Positions 56,796-64,000 of a stretch of 64,000 nucleotides of DNA are shown here, one piece after another (position 1 is the first letter of the stretch; every line of letters starts with the position of its first letter). The notes below the pieces were generated by a model. It ran no database searches, was not told the origin of the DNA, and saw only the letters and a program-made list of their open reading frames with translations. Source of the stretch: Candidatus Latescibacterota bacterium (GTDB taxonomy: Bacteria; Latescibacterota; UBA2968; GCA-2709665); NCBI GenBank assembly GCA_965222075.1, contig OZ244937.1:3936001-4000000 (forward strand), given 5' to 3'. Made by a program: the position numbers and the translations under genes.

Positions 56796-56945
56796 TTCTA
56801 AAAGACGTTCTACAGGACTACCCCGGAATAGATGGCCGATGTTCGGGAGGTGGCGCTGCAGATCAGAGAGGACCACGGGATCAAGCTGGCCGGGTGGTAG
56901 TATACGGATATTGGTCTGCTCAACGCTGTGTTTGAAGAAGGGGCG
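56796..56945 (+). pseudogene. possible lysyl-tRNA synthetase internal fragment
   Basis: LKDVLQDYPGID, frameshift, ADVREVALQIREDHGIKLAGW*YTDIGLLNAVFEE loosely resembles the class II LysRS insertion region. Confidence 0.3.
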
Positions 56946-56971
56946 TTTGACCTTGCGCGGGGAAAAACTTC

Positions 56972-57000
56972 TTGACTGTTTCCACAAGATGTAGTATTAT
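56972..57000 (+). promoter_or_regulatory. sigma70-type promoter for smc
   Basis: TTGACT-17 bp-TATTAT. Confidence 0.65.
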
Positions 57001-57198
57001 ACAAAAGATCCTGTGAAATGTTTGCGCAACCTGTTGCGTTTTAAAGATTTTCCTCTGGGATCCCCTTCCCCTTCTTTTCCCCTCGATTCAGACCGGAGGT
57101 ATCTGTGGGTAAGCGCCTGGCAACCATCCAGGCGTTCCACAGGGCCAAATTTCCACACATTTGTACGTCTCTCCATCATGATTTCAGGAGGATTTCTC

Positions 57199-60100
57199 TT
57201 GCACCTTTCTCGCCTTACGGCCTTCGGTTTCAAGTCGTTTGCCCAGAAGATGGATCTGACGTTTGGGAAGGGGATTTCCTGCGTGGTGGGTCCCAACGGC
57301 TGCGGGAAGTCGAATGTGGTGGATGCGCTTCGCTGGGCGCTGGGCGAACAGCGGGTGCGGTCGCTGCGCAGCCATTACATGGAAGATGTGATCTTTTCCG
57401 GGTCGAGGACGCGCAAGGCCTTAGGGATGGCCGAGGTGTCGGTGACGATCGACAATTCCGAGAACCTGCTCCCGGTGGATTTTTCCGAGGTGACGGTGAC
57501 CCGCCGGCTGTTCCGGTCTGGGGAGAGCGATTATCTGCTGAACAAGATCCCCTGCCGGTTGAAGGACATCCAGGACCTTTTCATGGATACGGGGCTGGGC
57601 GCTTCGCACGCCTATATCATCGAGCAGGGGATGGTGGACGAGATCATCAGCGACAAGACGGAGGAGCGGCGGCGGGTTTTTGAAGAGGCCGCGGGGGTGA
57701 CCCGGTACAAGGTGCGACGCAGGTCGGCCTGGAACAAGCTGCAGTCGCTTCAACAGGATTTGCAGCGGATTTCGGATGTGATCGCGGAGGTGGAGCGGCA
57801 GGTGGCGTTGCTGGCGAGGCAGGAGCGGAAGGCCCGGCTTTTCAAGCAGCTGACAGACCAGCTCCGGGAGATGGAGGTCCAGCTTGCGCGCTACCGGTAT
57901 TTTGAGATGTCGGACCGCGCCCGGCCGATGTTAGAGGAGATGACCTTTCTCAAGGAGGATGTTGAGGTCGGGTCAACAGATATCGTCCGGTTGGAGGCGA
58001 GGCTGGAAGAGGTCCGTGCCGAACTCACGGCGCAGGACCAGGCCGTGGCCACGGCCAACGCGGAGGTGGGCCGGCAGGTGGAGGCGGCTCACCGGAAGGA
58101 CCGGGAGATCGTAGTGGCCCGGGAGGAGGCGCGGGGTATTGAAGGGTTATTGACCCGTGCCGCAAGGCAACAGGAGGTGTTGAAGGAGCGGCAGGAGGTG
58201 GCCCGGCAGGGGCAGGAGGCGGCCCGGCAGGGAGAACAGGAGGGGAGCGAGGCTCTTAAGCGGGCAGAGGCGGCGCTTTTAGAAGAGACCGGGACGCAGG
58301 AGGCCCTGCTGGCGGACTTGGAGGCCCGCCGTGGGGGGGCGGATGAGCAGAAGGCGCGCCTTATTGGGATGCACCAGGAGATCAGCGAGGTGCGCGGGCG
58401 GCTGGAGCGGGCGCGGGCGGAGGTGGAGGGGTTGTCTCACCGGCAGGCGAGGCTGGGGGAGGATGTGGCCCGCGTTCGGGCGCGGCGGCAGGAGGCGGAG
58501 GGGGCGGCCGATGCGGCGGCAGGGCAGATCGCAGACCTGGAGCAGGCGCTGGAGGAGCGGACTTCCCTGAGGCGGGTGCACACCGAGGCGCGGGACCGGC
58601 TGCAGGCGGAGCGGGACGGGCTGGTGGAGGAGCGCAATAGCCTGCGCACCCGGATGGAGGCGGACGGCGCCCGGTTGGCGCTTTTAGAGAAGCTCCGCGA
58701 GGGATTTGAGGGCTATTCCCGGGGGGTACGAACGCTGGCCGTAGACTCTCCCTTTTCGGATCGGATCAAGGGGGTTGTGGCGGATCTGATCGATGTGGAT
58801 CCGATGTACACTTCGGCGATCGAGGCGACGATGGGACGGGCGCTGGAGTGCCTGCTGGTGGACACGACCGCGGATGCGGCGGAGGCGATGGCCTATCTGC
58901 GGTCCAGCGCGCACGGCGCGGCGGCGTTTCTGCCTACAGAGCGGGTGGCGCAGGGCAACGGCATGCCCTGGACGCCTCCGGTGGGGGAGGGGATTGTGGG
59001 CCGGGCGTCGGATCTGCTCCGGGGGCCTGCAAACGGCGCGGCGCGGTCCCTCTTGTGCCGGACGCTGGTGGTGGCGGATGTGGAGGCCGCGCTGCCTTTA
59101 ATGGCGCAGATGCAGACGATCGGGGTGGATATTGCGACGCTGGACGGGGAGGTGCTCGCCGCCGATGGCACGGTCTACGGCGGGGTTGCTGTGGGCGAGG
59201 AGACCGGGTTGATCGGCCGGGCGGGGCAGGTCGAGATGCTCTGGGCCGATCTGGAGGCGGGCCGGGCGGGGCTGGAGGCCTTTGGGGCGGATATCTGTCG
59301 GGTTGGGGAAGCCACAGCCAAAGCAGCGGCGCAGGTTGAAGCCGATGACGGGGCCCTGGCTGACTTGCGCAACCGCCTGGTCGGGCTGCAGCGAGACCAG
59401 CAGAACGCGAGCGCCGAGGCCAAACGGCAGGGGGCCGCCGATGAGGAGTTGCACGGGGAGGCGGCCTGGCTGAAGGAGCGGGAAGCCGAGCTTCGCTGCA
59501 CGGTTGCAGAGGGAGAAGCAGGGCTGGAGGCCCTGGAGGCCCGGCGCAGCCGGCTGGAAGAAGAGGTCCGGCAGGCGGACGAGGCGCTCCGGGAACAGGA
59601 ACGCAAGCGCCGGGCGCAGCAGGATGCGGTTTCTGCGCAGCAGGTGGAGATCGCTACGTTGGGGGAACGCGTTGAGAACCTGCACCAGGAGGCGGCCCGG
59701 CTGGCGCAGGCGCAGACCGACCTGGGCCGGGAGATGGAGCGGCTGGCTTTGGAGTGCGCCGAGAATGAGGCGCGAAAGGCCGACCTGGGAGAGGTGGTGC
59801 AGTCCGCTTCGACGGAGTTGGAGGCCCTCCACAAGGTGCAGACCGAGTTGGAGCGAAAGCGGGATACGCAGGTGGAGCGCCAGCAGGAGCTGATGGTGGG
59901 GGCCCGCGAGCTGGAGGAGAAGGACCGGGAGGTGGGGAGGCGGGTGATTCGGAACCGGGAGCGGCTGCGCGAACTGGAGGTGGAGATGGTGCAGCTGAAG
60001 ACCCGTGCGGAGGAGCTGCAGGAGCGGATCAAGCGCGACCATGAGGTGGATATCAAGGAACTGGGACGGTTTGAGGACCCGGAGTTCAACGCCGATATTA

Positions 60101-60804
60101 CCCAGAAGCGGACCATCGAGATCCAGGACCGGATGCGCCGGATGGGGGCGGTGAACCTTGCGGCGCTGGAGGATTACGATGTCCATCGGGAACGGTTCGA
60201 GTTCTTAGCCAGGCAGCGGGACGACCTGCTGGAGGCAGAGGAGACGCTGAAGCGGACGATTCAGAGGATTGACCGGGAGGCCCGCGGCCGGTTTTTGGAG
60301 ACCTTTTCCAGCATCCGGGAGAATTTCAAGCGGACCTTCGTGGCGTTCTTTGAAGGGGGCGAGGTGGATCTGTTCATGCCGGCAGATGAGGACCCGCTGG
60401 AGGCCCCGATGCACATTATTGCGCGGCCCAAGGGCAAGCGCCTGCAGAACATCAACCTGCTGTCGGGCGGGGAACGGGCGCTGACGGCGATTGCGTTGCT
60501 GTTCGCCATCTACTTGGTCAAGACGAGTCCCTTCTGCATCCTGGACGAGGTGGACGCGCCCTTAGACGATGCGAATGTGGATCGCTTCGTGCGCGTGCTC
60601 CAGGAGTTTGCAGAGCACACGCAGTTCGTGCTGGTGACCCACAACAAGGGGACAATGGAAGTCGCCGATTCCCTGTACGGAATTACGATGGAGGAGCCGG
60701 GGGTGTCCAAGCTGGTGTCGGTGCGGCTCACGGGAGGGGAGGCGGAAGGCAACGGGCGGGCCGAGACCGAGGCGATGGTTGAGGCATCGGCGGACGACGA
60801 CTAA
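57199..60804 (+). CDS. smc: chromosome segregation protein SMC
   Basis: TTG start after AGGAGG; GFKSFA, GPNGCGKSN, coiled coils and hinge, LSGGE, LDEVDAPLD. Confidence 0.96.
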   Translation: MHLSRLTAFGFKSFAQKMDLTFGKGISCVVGPNGCGKSNVVDALRWALGEQRVRSLRSHYMEDVIFSGSRTRKALGMAEVSVTIDNSENLLPVDFSEVTVTRRLFRSGESDYLLNKIPCRLKDIQDLFMDTGLGASHAYIIEQGMVDEIISDKTEERRRVFEEAAGVTRYKVRRRSAWNKLQSLQQDLQRISDVIAEVERQVALLARQERKARLFKQLTDQLREMEVQLARYRYFEMSDRARPMLEEMTFLKEDVEVGSTDIVRLEARLEEVRAELTAQDQAVATANAEVGRQVEAAHRKDREIVVAREEARGIEGLLTRAARQQEVLKERQEVARQGQEAARQGEQEGSEALKRAEAALLEETGTQEALLADLEARRGGADEQKARLIGMHQEISEVRGRLERARAEVEGLSHRQARLGEDVARVRARRQEAEGAADAAAGQIADLEQALEERTSLRRVHTEARDRLQAERDGLVEERNSLRTRMEADGARLALLEKLREGFEGYSRGVRTLAVDSPFSDRIKGVVADLIDVDPMYTSAIEATMGRALECLLVDTTADAAEAMAYLRSSAHGAAAFLPTERVAQGNGMPWTPPVGEGIVGRASDLLRGPANGAARSLLCRTLVVADVEAALPLMAQMQTIGVDIATLDGEVLAADGTVYGGVAVGEETGLIGRAGQVEMLWADLEAGRAGLEAFGADICRVGEATAKAAAQVEADDGALADLRNRLVGLQRDQQNASAEAKRQGAADEELHGEAAWLKEREAELRCTVAEGEAGLEALEARRSRLEEEVRQADEALREQERKRRAQQDAVSAQQVEIATLGERVENLHQEAARLAQAQTDLGREMERLALECAENEARKADLGEVVQSASTELEALHKVQTELERKRDTQVERQQELMVGARELEEKDREVGRRVIRNRERLRELEVEMVQLKTRAEELQERIKRDHEVDIKELGRFEDPEFNADITQKRTIEIQDRMRRMGAVNLAALEDYDVHRERFEFLARQRDDLLEAEETLKRTIQRIDREARGRFLETFSSIRENFKRTFVAFFEGGEVDLFMPADEDPLEAPMHIIARPKGKRLQNINLLSGGERALTAIALLFAIYLVKTSPFCILDEVDAPLDDANVDRFVRVLQEFAEHTQFVLVTHNKGTMEVADSLYGITMEEPGVSKLVSVRLTGGEAEGNGRAETEAMVEASADDD

Positions 60805-60841
60805 AGGCAGGGAAAAGCAACCACCGATGTGTACAGATGTC

Positions 60842-60870
60842 GTAGGGGCGACCGGCCCGGTCGCCCTTAC
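60842..60870 (+). repeat. GTAG-type REP
   Basis: GTAGGGGCGACCGG-C-CCGGTCGCCCTTAC palindrome. Confidence 0.75.
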
Positions 60871-60876
60871 TATTTT

Positions 60877-60910
60877 CTGCCTGCTTGCCGACAAGGCAGG
60901 CGCAGGCAGG
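60877..60910. repeat. composite CCTG...CAGG element (21-bp unit plus extra CAGGCAGG end)
   Basis: CCTGCTTGCCGACAAGGCAGG at 60880-60900 resembles 4191-4211; followed by CGCAGGCAGG. Confidence 0.7.
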
Positions 60911-60922
60911 TCGAGGGACGTG

Positions 60923-62395
60923 ATGAATATTTACGAGCGAATCGGCGTGCGGTCGTTTATCAACTGCTGCGGTACGCGGACGATTCACGGGGGGACGTTG
61001 ATGGTTCCCGGGGTGAAGCGGGCGATGGAGGCGGCTTCGGAGGCGTTTGTGAATATCGATGAGTTGATGGAAGGAGTCGGGGGGAGGCTGGCGGAGTTGA
61101 CAGGCGCGGAGTGGGGGATGGTGACGTCGGGGGCGGCGGCGGCGCTGTGCCACGCAACAGCAGCCTGCGTGGCGGGGGCCGATCCTGAAAAGATGATGCG
61201 GTTGCCGAGGACGGAGGGGCTGAAGGACCGGGTGATGATGTTGAAGGAGGGACGGTTTACGTACGATCACGCGATCCGGATGCCGGGGGTGGAGATCGTG
61301 GAGGTGGAGACGCAGGAGGAGATTGTGGAGGCGCTGGACGACCGGATGGCGATGGTTGCGCTTTTGGGCACCCAGGAGGCGCAGGCGGAAGGCCGGTTGG
61401 AAACGATTGCGGAGGCGGCCCGGCCGCAGGGGATTCCGATTCTGGTGGATGCGGCGTCGGAGCACCTGATGCGCCCGAATCCCTACCTTTCCCGTGGTGC
61501 GACGATGGTGGCCTACAGCGGGGGGAAATACCTGCGGGGGCCGCAGCCGACCGGGCTGCTTTTGGGCGAGAAGGCGTGGGTGCAGGCGGCGTGGACCAAT
61601 TCGGCGCCCCACCACGCGTTCGGACGGACGATGAAGCTGGGGAAAGAGGAGATTGTGGGGGTGCTGGCTGCAGTGGAGTACTGGGCCAGCGAGCGGGACC
61701 ACGAGGCCGAAGCGCGGCAGTGGGAGGAAGACCTGGAAGTGATCTTGGAGGAGGTGACACAGGTTGCGACGGTGACCACAGAGGTTCAACGATCGGAGAG
61801 GCCGACTGCGCCCGTTCCCCGGATGGAGATCCGATGGGACGGAGAGCGGATCGGGATGACGGGGTTGGAGCTGCGAGAAGCGTTGATGGGCGGAGACCCC
61901 CGGATTATGCTGGACGACCGGGGGGCGACCGATTGCTCGGTGTTCATCCTGCCGTTTTCGCTGCAGCCGGGAGAGGCGGAGGTTGTCGGGGCCAAGATCC
62001 GCGAGGCGCTGGAGGCCGCTCCCCGGAGAGAACACCAGGTTGAGAGACCGCCGGTTCGGGTTGCAGGAGCATGGGATCTGGAGATTCAGTATGTGAGAGG
62101 GACCTCGGAGCACGGGCTGGTGATTGAACAGGAGGGACCCGAGTTGACCGGGTTGCACCGCACGCGCTTCCACGAGAATCCCCTCTCCGGACGGGTTGAG
62201 GGAAAGGAGGTTACGTTTTCCAGCTTGCACCGATTCGAGGGAACCCACCTTTCCTACCGGTTCACCGGAACCGTGGATGGAGATGTGATGGAGGGAACGG
62301 TGGAACTGGGAAGCTACGGGCAGTCAGCGCCCGGGCTGGTGAATCAGAGAGAGTATGGGGAAGGAGGGTGGGAGGCGAGAAGGCGAGGGAAATGA
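60923..62395 (+). CDS. SelA-like/DgaE-family PLP-dependent enzyme with C-terminal beta-domain extension
   Basis: FINCCGTRTIHGG, VTSGAAAAL, VDAA, YSGGKYLRGPQ, GRTMKLGKEEI; lacks the N-terminal tRNA-binding domain of true SelA. Confidence 0.8.
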   Translation: MNIYERIGVRSFINCCGTRTIHGGTLMVPGVKRAMEAASEAFVNIDELMEGVGGRLAELTGAEWGMVTSGAAAALCHATAACVAGADPEKMMRLPRTEGLKDRVMMLKEGRFTYDHAIRMPGVEIVEVETQEEIVEALDDRMAMVALLGTQEAQAEGRLETIAEAARPQGIPILVDAASEHLMRPNPYLSRGATMVAYSGGKYLRGPQPTGLLLGEKAWVQAAWTNSAPHHAFGRTMKLGKEEIVGVLAAVEYWASERDHEAEARQWEEDLEVILEEVTQVATVTTEVQRSERPTAPVPRMEIRWDGERIGMTGLELREALMGGDPRIMLDDRGATDCSVFILPFSLQPGEAEVVGAKIREALEAAPRREHQVERPPVRVAGAWDLEIQYVRGTSEHGLVIEQEGPELTGLHRTRFHENPLSGRVEGKEVTFSSLHRFEGTHLSYRFTGTVDGDVMEGTVELGSYGQSAPGLVNQREYGEGGWEARRRGK

Positions 62396-62415
62396 AAATA
62401 CAACCGACCCCTGGA

Positions 62416-63252
62416 CTATCCATACTCGGCCGGTTTGATCTCGAGCGCTTCGGTCAGATAGCCGGCTCTGACGTTCGGAGAATGCTCGAAGACGAGCAGC
62501 CAGTTTTCCTCCCGCGCCTGTTTCAATATCCGCTCCTTGTTTTCCATCGTGGCCCTGGGAAAGAGGTCGTATCCCATCACATAATGCGTTTTCAGGTGCG
62601 ACGGTGTGGGTACGAGGTCCGCCAGAAAGCACGCGGTCAGATCGCCCGAGCGCAGAATCACGGACTGATGGTGCGCCGTGTGTCCAGGCGTGGATATCAT
62701 TGCTACGCCCGGCGCGATTGTCTCGTTTTCCGACGTGAGAACCACCTGCCCCCGCGCTTCAAGCGGCTCCCAGGTGTGCGGGAGATAACTGGGCCTGCTG
62801 CGGGGGTCCGGCTGTTTGGCACAGGCCAGTTCGCCCTGGTTGATGTAGTAGGCTGCATTTGGAAAGGTGGGGGTTAATTCCCCCTGACTGTTTTTGAAGC
62901 AGTTCCCTCCGCAGTGGTCGAAGTGCAGGTGCGTTAAGATGACTTTGGTGATGTCCTCCGCCTGCGCTCGCACGGCTGATAGGCTTTTCACGAGATCCGT
63001 TTTGGACTTATCCACACCATACAGGAAGGCGAATTTTTCATCGTAGACCGTACCCAGCCCGGTGTCTACCAGGATCGTCTCTGTGGGCGTTCGGATCAGC
63101 AGGCAGTTCAGCCCCAGCAGGATGCGGTTGCGGTCATCTGCCGGGTTGGTCTTCTGCCACAGCACTTTCGGGATCGTACCGAACATGGCCCCGCCGTCTA
63201 AGCGGAAGGTGCCGTCGCTGACCACAAACAGTTCGAATTCGCCAAATTCCAT
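62416..63252 (-). CDS. MBL-fold metallo-hydrolase (YtnP-like)
   Basis: LDGGAMFG, THLHFDHCGG, TPGHT, ADL, FEH. Confidence 0.9.
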   Translation of the reverse strand: MEFGEFELFVVSDGTFRLDGGAMFGTIPKVLWQKTNPADDRNRILLGLNCLLIRTPTETILVDTGLGTVYDEKFAFLYGVDKSKTDLVKSLSAVRAQAEDITKVILTHLHFDHCGGNCFKNSQGELTPTFPNAAYYINQGELACAKQPDPRSRPSYLPHTWEPLEARGQVVLTSENETIAPGVAMISTPGHTAHHQSVILRSGDLTACFLADLVPTPSHLKTHYVMGYDLFPRATMENKERILKQAREENWLLVFEHSPNVRAGYLTEALEIKPAEYG

Positions 63253-63453
63253 GCCAGGGCCTCATTCGGGATCAGTGCGTCCGCTGCATCGGGCTGTCGT
63301 CTTTTAGCACGCCGCGCCATTTCACGTGGAGCCGCAGGCGCGCCAACGCGCTCCCCCCCTCCCACTGCTTTCGTCTCCCCTTCGGAGCGGTAGCAGGTGG
63401 GATCGTCGGAGGAGGAATGCGCGCCCATTACAAATTTAAGCAAATTCCTTTCC

Positions 63454-63482
63454 GTTTTAAACCGATTCATACGGGGTGTCAA
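63454..63482 (-). promoter_or_regulatory. sigma70-type promoter upstream of the MBL hydrolase
   Basis: TTGACA-17 bp-TAAAAC. Confidence 0.45.
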
Positions 63483-63566
63483 ATCTTTTCTGGACAATTC
63501 TGGCATATTTTGAGATTTTAGGAAGGGCTGTAGTGGGGTGTGCACCCTTTAGCCTCAGGAGATGTG

Positions 63567-64000
63567 ATGTCGGTTTCAAAATTGGAGGACCGTTTTACCC
63601 TGGTCGCCACCGATGTGGACTCTGCATTGAACGCGTTTGCCGAAGACGTGGCTGTGGGGCTGACGGCATGTCCCAAGCGGCTTTCCTCCTGCTATTTCTA
63701 TGACCGTGAGGGGGGGCGCCTGTTTGAGGAGATCTGCAAGCTGCCCGAATATTACCTGACGCGGGCGGAGCGGGAAATCTTAGAGGCGCGTGCAGGGGAG
63801 ATTGCGTCGGGGTTTTCGGACGAGATCACGCTGGTTGAGCTGGGCAGCGGAAGCGCGGTGAAGACGCGGCTGCTGATCGAAGCGTTCTTAGAACGACAGG
63901 GCCGCCTGCGGTTTGTGCCAGTAGATATTTCCCAAAGCACGCTGGAAGAGAGTTCGATCGAGTTGCTGGGAACCTATCCAGAGCTGGAGGTCCTCGGGAT
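63567..64000 (+). CDS. egtD: L-histidine N(alpha)-methyltransferase (5' part, runs off the window)
   Basis: not in the ORF track; translated by hand: PKRLSSCYFYD..G.RLFEEICKLPEYYLTRAE, LVELGSGSAVKTRLL, VPVDIS. Confidence 0.9.
   Translation, partial: MSVSKLEDRFTLVATDVDSALNAFAEDVAVGLTACPKRLSSCYFYDREGGRLFEEICKLPEYYLTRAEREILEARAGEIASGFSDEITLVELGSGSAVKTRLLIEAFLERQGRLRFVPVDISQSTLEESSIELLGTYPELEVLG

Noticed and set aside
60923-62395. Calling this gene selA
   Set aside because: It lacks the SelA N-terminal domain and fits the DgaE/SelA-like subfamily better

Overview
A GC-rich bacterial chromosome window. Its many creatininase, PhyH/2OG-oxygenase, sulfatase-like and heparinase-like genes resemble Latescibacterota/Poribacteria-type genomes, but that taxonomy is an inference. 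It holds about 45 intact genes: catabolic enzymes, sthA, a cold-shock protein, a CBS-korA-korB-CBS operon, ferritin, a PTS-IIA/PII-like/2x cation:proton antiporter operon, fetAB, smc, a SelA-like PLP enzyme and the 5' part of egtD. A selenocysteine locus (selB, selD, selC) is present, and selD has an in-frame UGA in a CxxU motif that the ORF track truncates. The intergenic DNA is the most interesting part. (1) A family of 21-38 bp CCTG...CAGG palindromes behaves like precise insertions: removing two copies from an IS630-type transposase relic restores its reading frame exactly, and other copies interrupt hairpins. (2) A ~165 nt candidate sRNA with its own promoter and terminator lies next to tRNA-Sec. 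(3) A ~1.75 kb decayed island between 16-bp direct repeats carries a collapsed NERD-kinase-ATPase gene and a VapC fragment. (4) Many spacers contain gene relics (GNAT, FKBP, EamA, PhyH, possibly lysS). No CRISPR array or rRNA was seen. All product calls rest on motif recognition by eye, not database searches.
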